NCBI GenBank assembly: GCA_964016885.1 | Contig: CAXHJY010001274.1 | Location: forward strand, 90,941 to 154,940 | Direction of reading: 5' to 3' | Origin: Eledone cirrhosa | Lineage: Eukaryota | DNA length: 64,000 nt | Part shown: positions 27,534 to 41,624 of the stretch, piece by piece | How positions within the stretch are numbered: position 1 is the stretch's first letter | Layout of the letters: every line of letters starts with the position of its first letter | The notes under the pieces: generated by a model | The model's database searches: none | Seen by the model: only the letters and a program-made list of their open reading frames with translations | What the model was told of the DNA's origin: nothing | Position numbers and translations under genes: made by a program

Positions 27534-28684
27534 CAGTGAAGATGCATGACTTGTCGGTTAGGGAGTTCGTCTCATGATCGCAGGATCGTTAGTTTGATTC
27601 CCCGCCGGAAAAATGTGTTGTAGTTGAAATTGAAAAGCCAGCCATGTCACACAGTCGCGCTGAATCTCCCTGAGAACTATGTTATTGGTAGACGTCTCTG
27701 TGGAAAGTTCACATACTTACACATTGATTTCATCAACAGGCTGTATTGTATAGCGATACGTTGAGATCGATAACTTTGCAAATTATGCTACAAATATCAA
27801 GGTAACCATATAAACAAAAAGCAGAAAGCAAGGAAATCAGAATGTTACTTTGAAAATAATAGTGTTCCTTATATTTCGGGTAAAATATTCATTGATGAAG
27901 GACAATGAACTATCGGATCGGAGAATTAGACGTCTATTCCGTGATATTTTTCTGGTGTTGTTATGTCGATACTTTAGCTCCATTTGCATTGCAGTGGCTT
28001 TCTAAATCTAATTGTTCATATCCCACATTGTTTCAAGCAAATATAACATCCATTTATATGATAATTTGTTTTTATTCCGTTGGTATTCTAATACGTTTTC
28101 TGTATATATTTCAACCTCCACGATGTTACCACTCTGCTAACTCGTGTGAAATTCATTGAACAGTGGCCTACACATCTATAAACTAGTCACTTGTCTCTGA
28201 TCTTTAACGACACAAATCAAATTAAGAGAACTATAAAATTCTTCAGAAACATTTTATTCCGAGAAAGTTCGATGTCTGTTATTTTGATTTTTCGACACTT
28301 TTATTCAGAAGAGTTTAGTTTAGAACACGTTTAGTCAATGAAACGTTGTTAATGCGTCAAAACATTAGAAGTACAGATCAATACGAGTGTTTTTATCTCG
28401 GCAAATATCTCGTTGATATATACGTATGTCACGTCTCATCTATGTGTTAGCTATCCAATCGGAGGACGACAGTAATCTGTGTGTACTTTTGTGTGAGACT
28501 CTATATGTGTGTATGTGTGTATGTGTGTATGTGTATGTATGTATGTGTGTGTGTGTGTGGTGATTCACTGCCCCAGACACTAACAGTATAAGACGACATA
28601 AATTAGGACTTATATAATAGTAATAGTAGTAACAGCAGCAGAATTAGCAGTAGTAGCTAGCTTGCTACTGCTATTTTACTGTTA

Positions 28685-28870
28685 CAGTGGTGAATTGTCA
28701 GAACCGTTTGGGAGCCAGACAAAATGCTTTGCTGTATTTACTTGCGCCCCTTTACGCTCTGAGTTCAAATCCGCCATGGTCAGCTTTGCCTTTCATTCTT
28801 CTGAGGTCGATAAAATAACTACCAATCGACTTTCTCCTTCCTATAACAACATTGTTGGACTCATACCTAC
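28685..28870 (+). mobile_element. SINE family 2 copy, diverged
   Basis: gagttcaaatccgcc...ctttgcctttcattcttctgaggtcgataaaa. Confidence 0.7.
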
Positions 28871-29239
28871 ATCAAAAAGCATTATTAAAAAATTGATTTA
28901 GATGGTGACGTACTAAATGCCGTTCTATTTCAATTTTGTTTTTTATATGTTAGTCTTTAGTTTCATAGTTGAGATTTTGAGACGACAATACTTAAATCAT
29001 GGCATACACTATTATTGTATCCTGATCGAAATAAACTTACGCGACAACAATCATTAGACATTCTTGTCTGGTTATATTGTTTTTGTTACTAATTGAATTT
29101 GTTTTTAAATAGCCTTCGTTTAACTTAAAGATCGTTTGTTTCGTTTCGTTTACATTCAGAATTTCTTGATTTTCCCAAGTATTTATTTCTTTATTTACGT
29201 GTGTATATGTCGTATTTAAACAACATATTTTGTATGTGA

Positions 29240-29370
29240 ATGTGAATGATTCAGTGGTTAAAACGTCGACTCAAAATCTCACGATTTTAAGTTCGATTCC
29301 CGGACAGGGCGATGCGTTGTGGTTTTTGAGCAAGGCACCTTATCTTACGTTGCTCCAGTTCACTCAGCCA
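29240..29370 (+). mobile_element. SINE family 1 head, diverged
   Basis: agtggttaa...agttcgattcccggacagggcgatgcgttgtg..ttgagcaaggcac..cgttgctccagttcactcagc. Confidence 0.65.
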
Positions 29371-29724
29371 GAAGAAATGTTTTGCGACGACGCTGATGTC
29401 TTTGCTTTTCCCTTGGACATCACCGTTGGCGTGGGGATGTGAGACTGGTGTGCGTGCGTGATTATTGATCTTCCGTAAAACATCTTTCCCAGGTTTGTGC
29501 CTCACTGGAGAACCTTCCAGATGCAAATCCAGTCATTGAGCACCGAAGTTGAGGCATAATATTTTGTATATAATAATCACAATTGTTTATTATGAAATAA
29601 TCATATGTACATATGATGCGATATTATCAAATATTCGTATAATATAAAGTTGTACCCGAGGCCGTTCCGATTTGCTTTGTTTGTATTCAAAACGTCATTC
29701 TACCCAGATTCGTTTATCCAGTAC

Positions 29725-31656
29725 GTGGCTCTCATTTACCTAGTTTAGTGGTTTCCAAAGTGAGTTCTGCGTGGATCTCATTTACCTAGTTTAGTGGTTT
29801 CCAAAGTGGGTTCCGAGTGGATCTCATTTACCTAGTTTAGTGGTTTCCAAAGTGGGTTCCGAGTGGATCTCATTTACCTAGTTTAGTGGTTTCCAAAGTG
29901 GGTTCCGAGTGGATCTCATTTACCTAGTTTAGTGGTTTCCAAAGTGGGTTCCGAGTGGATCTCATTTACCTAGTTTAGTGGTTTCCAAAGTGGGTTCCGA
30001 GTGGATCTCATTTACCTAGTTTAGTGGTTTCCAAAGTGGGTTCCGAGTGGATCTCATTTACCTAGTTTAGTGGTTTCCAAAGTGGGTTCCGAGTGGATCT
30101 CATTTACCTAGTTTAGTGGTTTCCAAAGTGGGTTCCGAGTGGATCTCATTTACCTAGTTTAGTGGTTTCCAAAGTGGGTTCTGCGTGGATCTCATTTACC
30201 TAGTTTAGTGGTTTCCAAAGTGGGTTCCGAGTGGATCTCATTTACCTAGTTTAGTGGTTTCCAAAGTGTGTTCTGCGTGGATCTCATTTACCTAGTTTAG
30301 TGGTTTCCAAAGTGGGTTCTGCGTGGATCTCATTTACCTAGTTTAGTGGTTTCCAAAGTGTGTTCTGCGTGGATCTCATTTACCTAGTTTAGTGGTTTCC
30401 AAAGTGGGTTCCGCGTGGATCTCATTTACCTAGTTTAGTGGTTTCCAAAGTGGGTTCCGTGTGGATCTCATTTACCTAGTTTAGTGGTTTCCAAAGTGGG
30501 TTCCGAGTGGATCTCATTTACCTAGTTTAGTGGTTTCCAAAGTGGGTTCTGCGTGGATCTCATTTACCTAGTTTAGTGGTTTCCAAAGTGGGTTCCGCGT
30601 GGATCTCATTTACCTAGTTTAGTGGTTTCCAAAGTGGGTTCCGAGTGGATCTCATTTACCTAGTTTAGTGGTTTCCAAAGTGGGTTCCGAGTGGATCTCA
30701 TTTACCTAGTTTAGTGGTTTCCAAAGTGGGTTCTGCGTGGATCTCATTTACCTAGTTTAGTGGTTTCCAAAGTGGGTTCTGCGTGGATCTCATTTACCTA
30801 GTTTAGTGGTTTCCAAAGTGGGTTCTGCGTGGATCTCATTTACCTAGTTTAGTGGTTTCCAAAGTGGGTTCTGCGTGGATCTCATTTACCTAGTTTAGTG
30901 GTTTCCAAAGTGGGTTCTGCGTGGATCTCATTTACCTAGTTTAGTGGTTTCCAAAGTGGGTTCCGAGTGGATCTCATTTACCTAGTTTAGTGGTTTCCAA
31001 AGTGGGTTCCGAGTGGATCTCATTTACCTAGTTTAGTGGTTTCCAAAGTGGGTTCTGCGTGGATCTCATTTACCTAGTTTAGTGGTTTCCAAAGTGGGTT
31101 CTGCGTGGATCTCATTTACCTAGTTTAGTGGTTTCCAAAGTGGGTTCTGCGTGGATCTCATTTACCTAGTTTAGTGGTTTCCAAAGTGGGTTCTGCATGG
31201 ATCTCATTTACCTAGTTTAGTGGTTTCCAAAGTGGGTTCTGCGTGGATCTCATTTACCTAGTTTAGTGGTTTCCAAAGTGGGTTCTGCGTGGATCTCATT
31301 TACCTAGTTTAGTGGTTTCCAAAGTGGGTTCTGCGTGGATCTCATTTACCTAGTTTAGTGGTTTCCAAAGTGTGTTCTGCGTGGATCTCATTTACCTAGT
31401 TTAGTGGTTTCCAAAGTGGGTTCCGCGTGGATCTCATTTACCTAGTTTAGTGGTTTCCAAAGTGGGTTCTGCGTGGATCTCATTTACCTAGTTTAGTGGT
31501 TTCCAAAGTGGGTTCCGTGTGGATCTCATTTACCTAGTTTAGTGGTTTCCAAAGTGGGTTCCGAGTGGATCTCATTTACCTAGTTTAGTGGTTTCCAAAG
31601 TGGGTTCCGAGTGGATCTCATTTACCTAGTTTAGTGGTTTCCAAAGTGGGTTCCGC
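29725..31656. repeat. 46-bp tandem minisatellite, ~42 copies
   Basis: Unit ctcatttacctagtttagtggtttccaaagtgggttc(c/t)g(a/c)gtggat; ctcatttacc at 29731, 29777, etc. Confidence 0.97.
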
Positions 31657-31806
31657 AAAGGACTGTCTGAGATTCCATGAAAAGAGGTAGAGGAGTATAT
31701 ATATATATATATATTACGAACATATAACAGTATTAGACTTTGGGGTTGCCCCAAAAGTTTCTGAACCAAAACGGGTTCCGCGTTCGGAAAAGTTTGGGAA
31801 ACATTG
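31632..31806. mobile_element. hAT (Charlie/Buster-like) MITE with 8-bp TSD acctagtt
   Basis: TIRs tagtggtttccaaa / tttgggaaacattg; TSD at 31624-31631 and 31807-31814. Confidence 0.85.
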
Positions 31807-31847
31807 ACCTAGTTGTATGATATTTAAACAAGATCTTTTGTGTGGAA

Positions 31848-32030
31848 TAATGATTTCTAATTTAGGCACAATACCAACAGTTTGTGGGTAAGGAAAGTCA
31901 ATTACATCGTCGGCCCCAGTATGTGACTTGTACTTTATTTTATCGACCCAGGAATGATGAAAGGCAAAGTTGACTTCGGTGGGATATGAACTCAGAAAAC
32001 GACACTCTAACGACTTTGCCAACCCACCAC
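31848..32030 (-). mobile_element. SINE family 2 copy, diverged
   Basis: tactttattttatcgacccaggaatgatgaaaggcaaagttgacttcgg...tgaactcag. Confidence 0.75.
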
Positions 32031-32437
32031 TCTTTTGTGCGAAATAATTAAGTAGTGGGGCTGGCGTCAGCGATGGTAGTGGTGGTGGTGGCGGCGGTGG
32101 CGGCGGTGGTGACGACGATGATGATCATGGTGGAGGTGGTAAAAAAAAAAAAGAAGGAAGAACCATAGCAGGAGAGGGAGGAAGGACGGTAGAGGATAGA
32201 TCGAAATTCTGGTCTGAAATTTTATGGAAAGAACGGTGCTTAAGTAGATATTAATTTGTCCTATATATGTATCATTCCATGTAACTGAATTTAACCGACT
32301 GTGAAACAATTATTTCATAAAAATAGTCCATCTTTCTCTCACATTCACTCATTGCCTCTCAGCTTCTTTTAGTGCTTCGTTGCTCTTCTATCATTTTTAT
32401 ATACTGACTGAAGCACAAAATTGAATACGCGTGCGTG

Positions 32438-32496
<59 letters not shown>

Positions 32497-32789
32497 GAAA
32501 GGTATAGAAAACACTGCAGCGAAAAGCGAACAGCATTTCATAATATATATGTGACTATAGCGTCAAAATGGGAAAAATAGTTAACGTAAGATGTGGGAAA
32601 AATAATTCAAACTCATCTCAAAGAGAATCAGGATATAAATTCATCCACAGAATTTAGTGAAATCCAGGGAAAAATCAATAGAGCCTTAACTCATGATAAA
32701 ATAAAGTTTAAAACACTTATCCTTCAATTTGGAAAAACTTAAAATGCTCTGTAGTCTTAAAGACTATTTCATGAAAACTTTCAGTGATA

Positions 32790-32829
<40 letters not shown>

Positions 32830-32840
32830 TGTATATATAT

Positions 32841-32935
<95 letters not shown>

Positions 32936-33015
32936 TGTATATATATACTGTATATATATATACTGTATATATATATACTGTATATATATTTATACTGTAT
33001 ATATATATATATATA

Positions 33016-33050
<35 letters not shown>

Positions 33051-33061
<11 letters not shown>

Positions 33062-36000
33062 GATCGAGTATCGAAAAATCGGCGCACGAGTTAACGAAAA
33101 ACGAAATTCGATATGAGCGGCAGAGGGCTCAATAATTCAGATGAATCAGAGCTATAACTATCGTTAAAATACCGTCACATATAGAACAAGTCTACAATCA
33201 ACCATACGATTTAAAATCGATAAAGGAAGATTCGGGCCAAACAGATAAAAAATATCAATAAAACAATACGTCAATAATTTAAATGAATGTAAAATCATAC
33301 CCGGACCCACTAGAAAGGTGTTAAATCTAGCTTCATGGGTTTCTGTAAATCCTTAGACAGTACTCTATCAGCTCACATATAAATATAAAAGCCTACTAGA
33401 ATAAGTGGAACGGAGTTTACGTTGTCAACGAGTTTTATCCTGGCGGCAAAGGAGTCAACTAGCGGTGAAAAACGCACATGGCATTAGACAAGGGAGATGA
33501 CCCCTATATCCGCGAAAATAATTCGAGTGAATGTGGAAATACACATATCGAATTAGAGTGCTCAATAGACATGTTAAAATAAAACAAAAGCTATTCATCA
33601 CTCAATAGAATCGACAAAATATGAGCAATAAAATTAACTGGTGGATAGCTATGTCCAGAGCTAAATATATTAGAAAGATCGAGTATCGAAAAATCGGCGC
33701 ACGAGTTAACGAAAAACGAAATTCGATATGAGCGGCAGAGGGCTCAATAATTCAGATGAATCAGAGCTATAACTATCGTTAAAATACCGTCACATATAGA
33801 ACAAGTCTACAATCAACCATACGATTTAAAATCGATAAAGGAAGATTCGGGCCAAACAGATAAAAAATATCAATAAAACAATACGTCAATAATTTAAATG
33901 AATGTAAAATCATACCCGGACCCACTAGAAAGGTGTTAAATCTAGCTTCATGGGTTTCTGTAAATCCTTAGACAGTACTCTATCAGCTCACATATAAATA
34001 TAAAAGCCTACTAGAATAAGTGGAACGGAGTTTACGTTGTCAACGAGTTTTATCCTGGCGGCAAAGGAGTCAACTAGCGGTGAAAAACGCACATGGCATT
34101 AGACAAGGGAGATGACCCCTATATCCGCGAAAATAATTCGAGTGAATGTGGAAATACACATATCGAATTAGAGTGCTCAATAGACATGTTAAAATAAAAC
34201 AAAAGCTATTCATCACTCAATAGAATCGACAAAATATGAGCAATAAAATTAACTGGTGGATAGCTATGTCCAGAGCTAAATATATTAGAAAGATCGAGTA
34301 TCGAAAAATCGGCGCACGAGTTAACGAAAAACGAAATTCGATATGAGCGGCAGAGGGCTCAATAATTCAGATGAATCAGAGCTATAACTATCGTTAAAAT
34401 ACCGTCACATATAGAACAAGTCTACAATCAACCATACGATTTAAAATCGATAAAGGAAGATTCGGGCCAAACAGATAAAAAATATCAATAAAACAATACG
34501 TCAATAATTTAAATGAATGTAAAATCATACCCGGACCCACTAGAAAGGTGTTAAATCTAGCTTCATGGGTTTCTGTAAATCCTTAGACAGTACTCTATCA
34601 GCTCACATATAAATATAAAAGCCTACTAGAATAAGTGGAACGGAGTTTACGTTGTCAACGAGTTTTATCCTGGCGGCAAAGGAGTCAACTAGCGGTGAAA
34701 AACGCACATGGCATTAGACAAGGGAGATGACCCCTATATCCGCGAAAATAATTCGAGTGAATGTGGAAATACACATATCGAATTAGAGTGCTCAATAGAC
34801 ATGTTAAAATAAAACAAAAGCTATTCATCACTCAATAGAATCGACAAAATATGAGCAATAAAATTAACTGGTGGATAGCTATGTCCAGAGCTAAATATAT
34901 TAGAAAGATCGAGTATCGAAAAATCGGCGCACGAGTTAACGAAAAACGAAATTCGATATGAGCGGCAGAGGGCTCAATAATTCAGATGAATCAGAGCTAT
35001 AACTATCGTTAAAATACCGTCACATATAGAACAAGTCTACAATCAACCATACGATTTAAAATCGATAAAGGAAGATTCGGGCCAAACAGATAAAAAATAT
35101 CAATAAAACAATACGTCAATAATTTAAATGAATGTAAAATCATACCCGGACCCACTAGAAAGGTGTTAAATCTAGCTTCATGGGTTTCTGTAAATCCTTA
35201 GACAGTACTCTATCAGCTCACATATAAATATAAAAGCCTACTAGAATAAGTGGAACGGAGTTTACGTTGTCAACGAGTTTTATCCTGGCGGCAAAGGAGT
35301 CAACTAGCGGTGAAAAACGCACATGGCATTAGACAAGGGAGATGACCCCTATATCCGCGAAAATAATTCGAGTGAATGTGGAAATACACATATCGAATTA
35401 GAGTGCTCAATAGACATGTTAAAATAAAACAAAAGCTATTCATCACTCAATAGAATCGACAAAATATGAGCAATAAAATTAACTGGTGGATAGCTATGTC
35501 CAGAGCTAAATATATTAGAAAGATCGAGTATCGAAAAATCGGCGCACGAGTTAACGAAAAACGAAATTCGATATGAGCGGCAGAGGGCTCAATAATTCAG
35601 ATGAATCAGAGCTATAACTATCGTTAAAATACCGTCACATATAGAACAAGTCTACAATCAACCATACGATTTAAAATCGATAAAGGAAGATTCGGGCCAA
35701 ACAGATAAAAAATATCAATAAAACAATACGTCAATAATTTAAATGAATGTAAAATCATACCCGGACCCACTAGAAAGGTGTTAAATCTAGCTTCATGGGT
35801 TTCTGTAAATCCTTAGACAGTACTCTATCAGCTCACATATAAATATAAAAGCCTACTAGAATAAGTGGAACGGAGTTTACGTTGTCAACGAGTTTTATCC
35901 TGGCGGCAAAGGAGTCAACTAGCGGTGAAAAACGCACATGGCATTAGACAAGGGAGATGACCCCTATATCCGCGAAAATAATTCGAGTGAATGTGGAAAT

Positions 36001-36810
36001 ACACATATCGAATTAGAGTGCTCAATAGACATGTTAAAATAAAACAAAAGCTATTCATCACTCAATAGAATCGACAAAATATGAGCAATAAAATTAACTG
36101 GTGGATAGCTATGTCCAGAGCTAAATATATTAGAAAGATCGAGTATCGAAAAATCGGCGCACGAGTTAACGAAAAACGAAATTCGATATGAGCGGCAGAG
36201 GGCTCAATAATTCAGATGAATCAGAGCTATAACTATCGTTAAAATACCGTCACATATAGAACAAGTCTACAATCAACCATACGATTTAAAATCGATAAAG
36301 GAAGATTCGGGCCAAACAGATAAAAAATATCAATAAAACAATACGTCAATAATTTAAATGAATGTAAAATCATACCCGGACCCACTAGAAAGGTGTTAAA
36401 TCTAGCTTCATGGGTTTCTGTAAATCCTTAGACAGTACTCTATCAGCTCACATATAAATATAAAAGCCTACTAGAATAAGTGGAACGGAGTTTACGTTGT
36501 CAACGAGTTTTATCCTGGCGGCAAAGGAGTCAACTAGCGGTGAAAAACGCACATGGCATTAGACAAGGGAGATGACCCCTATATCCGCGAAAATAATTCG
36601 AGTGAATGTGGAAATACACATATCGAATTAGAGTGCTCAATAGACATGTTAAAATAAAACAAAAGCTATTCATCACTCAATAGAATCGACAAAATATGAG
36701 CAATAAAATTAACTGGTGGATAGCTATGTCCAGAGCTAAATATATTAGAAAGATCGAGTATCGAAAAATCGGCGCACGAGTTAACGAAAAACGAAATTCG
36801 ATATGAGCGG
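33051..36810 (-). repeat. Head-to-tail array of apparently identical 615-bp non-coding units (6 full + 1 partial), (TA)n-flanked; retrozyme/pLTR-like
   Basis: tagaaagatcgag starts at 33056, 33671, 34286, 34901, 35516, 36131 and 36746; no ORF in the track; one HHR per unit. Confidence 0.95.
33300..33432 (-). ncRNA. Type I hammerhead ribozyme, U3-A8 core variant (repeated at 33915-34047, 34530-34662, 35145-35277, 35760-35892, 36375-36507)
   Basis: Minus: ctcg TTGACAA c gtaaactcc...ggatttac a GAAA ccca tgaag ctaga..tctag tggg TC cggg; all three stems pair, GUC site. Confidence 0.8.
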
Positions 36811-36882
36811 TTCTCATATATTTGATATATATTTATCCTTATCGAGCCCTCTTTGGATTTTAGTCTTCAAATTTATTATTAT

Positions 36883-36947
<65 letters not shown>

Positions 36948-36953
<6 letters not shown>

Positions 36954-37654
36954 GTGTATTTTGCAATACACTGTATGCTTAATTAAAAGCATTTCGAAGA
37001 CCTTACGCTATTGTTTTAGAGTAGTGACAGTCTCACTTACTTTAAATTTTCACCAAACAGGGGGGGAGATAAAGCTGACAGAGCTCTGTTTCGTACTTTT
37101 TGGTACTTATCAAAGTGAAGTACTCCACCTGTTTGCTGAAAATCATGAATGTTTGATTCTTATAGAATTCTAGTAATAATCAGGAACTGATTATACAGAG
37201 CGGTTGCCGGTCAAGCAGAAATCGAAAATTAGAATTGCACCAATTCTAATTAAGCATACAGTGTATTGCAAAATACACTATATATACATTCATATATATA
37301 TCGCTATTTCAGAGCACCAATTCTAATTTTCAATTTCTGCTTGACCGGCAACCGCTCTGTATAATCAGTTCCTGATTATTACTAAAATTCTATAAGAATC
37401 AAACATTCATGATTTTCAGCAAACAGGTGGAGTAGTTAGCTTTGATAAGTACTAAAAAGTACGAAACAGAGCTCTGTCAGCTTTATCTACCCCTGTTTGC
37501 GGAAAATTTAAAGTATGTGAGACTGTCACTACTCTAAAACAATAGCGTAAGGTCTTCGAAATGCTTTTAATTAAGCATACAGTGTATTGCAAAATACACT
37601 ATATATACATTTATATATATATATATCACTATTTCAGAGCACCAATTCTAATTT

Positions 37655-37655
<1 letters not shown>
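36948..37655. repeat. Fold-back (inverted duplicated) element in (TA)n
   Basis: ~36948-37237 is the reverse complement of ~37318-37605, with extra partial duplications at the junction. Confidence 0.85.
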
Positions 37656-37702
<47 letters not shown>

Positions 37703-38000
37703 CTAGAGTAAAACATGTCCAGAGAATTATTTGATAATATATATACATAATCTCTATTCCCAATCAGCATAATTAACCACACAAAAAATCAATTAGACCA
37801 GGCTATAAGAATAAAAGGCATCCATGAACAAATAGTAAATAAATATACCATTGCGGCGCCTTCGCGCACAACCGCCATAGAATAATTACCCAACATTTCA
37901 ACAACACGTGGAAATTAATTAAATATACGGTCAACCATACATAATTAGGTAAAAATTAATGTTAGAAATGCTTATATACATACCAGGATTAAATCACTAA

Positions 38001-38078
38001 ATCCCGACCCTCAGGTTTCGCTCACTTTTGAGATACCTTATCAAGGAAATACTCGAGTGTTAGAGCTCTTCAGGGGAC
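38001..38078 (-). ncRNA. Type I hammerhead ribozyme, canonical GUC site
   Basis: Minus: gtccc CTGAAGA gctc...gagc GAAA cc tgag gg TC gggat. Confidence 0.88.
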
Positions 38079-38117
38079 AAACTCGCTAGAACATATTATT
38101 TTCCGAGGTGGCCCCCG

Positions 38118-38530
<413 letters not shown>

Positions 38531-38653
38531 GGAGGTGAGTTTTATTGTAGTACAATAAAGCAATGCAGATATCGGATAAGAAGCACTCTACAGTTTGTAG
38601 GACTGGAGTATGCATAATATAAGATCAAAAGATGGTTAAAGGAATTCCATGTA

Positions 38654-38720
38654 TTTTATTATGCGCATTTCAAAAACAAACATCATCATGCAATAATATT
38701 TGTGTTTTCATCAGATAAAA
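38654..38720 (-). ncRNA. Type I hammerhead ribozyme (mirror copy)
   Basis: Reverse complement of 38848-38914. Confidence 0.85.
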
Positions 38721-38847
38721 CAGGAGAACATGATATGAAGGCTAAAAAACACTTGTGGATAGTGCAGTTTTAAATCAACATATAAATCAACATAATAAAA
38801 CTGCACTATCCACAAGTGTTTTTTAGCCTTCATATCATGTTCCCCTG

Positions 38848-38914
38848 TTTTATCTGATGAAAACACAAATATTATTGCATGATGATGTTTGTTTTTGAAA
38901 TGCGCATAATAAAA
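38848..38914 (+). ncRNA. Type I hammerhead ribozyme
   Basis: ttttat CTGATGA aaacacaaatattatt gcat gatgatgtttgttttt GAAA tgcgca TA ataaaa. Confidence 0.88.
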
Positions 38915-39037
38915 TACATGGAACTCCTTTAACCATCTTTTGATCTTATATTATGCATACTCCAGTCCTACAAACTGTAGAGTGCTTCTTATCCGATATC
39001 TGCATTGCTTTATTGTACTACAATAAAACTCACCTCC

Positions 39038-39538
<501 letters not shown>

Positions 39539-39609
39539 TATATGTATATATATGCATATATATATATGTGTGTGTGTGTGTGCGCGCGCGTGTTTACATA
39601 TGAGGAGGT

Positions 39610-40010
39610 GGGGTAAAATATTCATATAAAAAGGTCGACTTCGTCTCATCCCGGTGTGGAGAAACGAGTAGCAGCTTCAGCAACAGATTTACTTGTCGCC
39701 ACCCCGTCCTTGGCAGTTTCGAGTAGCGGAAACGCAATCCAGTCCGGATTGGTTTTCATTTCGTTCTCTGACTAGAGCTTACGTGCTGACCGCCTCACAG
39801 CCCCGACAGACAGAATGGAGAAGGCATTTCCCCGGAGGATTGTAAGAGAGATGCGCTGGAAGAGCCATTCCATCTCGCGAGGCTCATACCTGCAGCTGGC
39901 CAGCTCAGCGCTTATGGTGGTTAGTAGGGAGGTAGCCCTAGAGCTAAAGACACCAGAAGTCTCCACTGCCAAGGGCACGACCGCAAACCTGTCGGAGAGC
40001 GACCGGTACT
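39610..40010 (-). mobile_element. 3' fragment of a CRE-like (RLE) non-LTR retrotransposon
   Basis: FAVVPLAVETSG...LFQRISLTILRGNA resembles the CRE-clade endonuclease C-terminus. Confidence 0.65.
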
Positions 40011-40390
40011 GGAGCAACGTGAAATAAAGCGCCTCGCTCAAAAACACACCAAGCCGCCTGGTTCTTGAATGAATGTTACGATCGTGAACCCGAACCAATA
40101 AGTTATCTTAAATGAATAGAAACAACAAACGAAATATTCAATACATGTGGTAGAGTAACATTTATTATAATATAGTTGAGAAGTCAACTAACAGCCAAAA
40201 TGTACGTTATATCTGTATAAATGTACGTTATATCTGTATAAATGTAAGTTATATCTGTATAAATACAGAGTTTGTAACCAAGACTGCACCAATGTGTATA
40301 AATATACAAAATATATACACATCGAATATGTAGGCGTGTAAACACGCCAGAAAATACGAATGTTCCTGTAAATTGAGAAAATGATAAAAA

Positions 40391-40433
40391 CCTTTAATCG
40401 ATTTTCGGGTCTATTTGGATATTCATCCGAAGA
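40391..40433 (-). ncRNA. Degenerate hammerhead motif (CGGATGA core)
   Basis: Minus: ctt CGGATGA atatccaaatagaccc GAAA atcgat TA aag. Confidence 0.45.
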
Positions 40434-41427
40434 CGTGTATATCATCACTCAATCACAATGAATAATATAGTTGTCATTGACTAAAGTTCTCTTAAAACAT
40501 GTCCTTTCAGTGCATGTATGCTTGTATTTTACCACTCCCACTTCTCTCTCTCTCTCTCTCTCTCTCTCCCATGTTCAATAATAATTATTTTACCGTTATT
40601 TAGTGTTTTCATCAGCATATATATATGTTATTTATACATTTATCTTAACAACCGTAACAATAACATATGTGTGTGTTTGTGTGCATGCTTGTATGTTCTT
40701 GTGGTGTGGTGTATGTGTGTATGTGTGTGTGTCTGTGTCTTTGTATGTATGTGTGTGTGTGTGTGTGAACCAACGACAACAGTCAAAAAAACACCAAATC
40801 ACAATACCACCTGCCAACATCAGGACAGACCACAGAAAAACTCTACCGCCCATACCACATTACACCAAACAGAACCGAGTCAGATGACACCAGATAAAAG
40901 CAACAAAAAAATCCGGATCATACCAGACTAAATCAGACAAGTCTAGGCCAGTTTAAACTAGTCTAGATCATATTGAACAGCGTGAAACTTAGAAAACTTA
41001 GAATACTTTAGAGTAAGCTGTATTCAATGTTAAAAAACTGTCGCATAGATAATGGCTTGTTTACTGTACAATATAATGCTTTCAAGTGGTGCAAGGCTGT
41101 CATGTCTATGGTAAGAGTTGGGAAATAAGAGCTATATAGTATACAGTAAATAGTAAATAGAGGCAACACAACAGATGTAAACACATTCAAAGATGAGACT
41201 AAGTATGTGATTACTTTTAGTTGTGTTCTTTATAATGTTATCTTCAAAATGTTGTTGTTTTTGTTGTTATTGGTGAGCTAAAAAGGTTGCTGTTGTTGTA
41301 GAGATGTTGGTGATGCTGCTGCTGTCTGGAGTGATATGTTTCTTGTGGGGGTGGGGCGGGGGGTGATAGCGGTGTTCCTGGAATATTCGTTTCTTTGGTC
41401 ACATTTTGTAATGCTGTTGTGATATAT

Positions 41428-41544
<117 letters not shown>

Positions 41545-41556
41545 GGGTGAGAGTGT

Positions 41557-41624
<68 letters not shown>

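Noticed and set aside
29725-31656. CRISPR array
   Set aside because: No unique spacers, no cas genes, eukaryotic context; explained by a hAT junction
32745-32790. Minus-strand hammerhead candidate CTGAAAG...GAAA tagtc/gacta
   Set aside because: Core and cleavage triplet both deviate and stem II is not convincing
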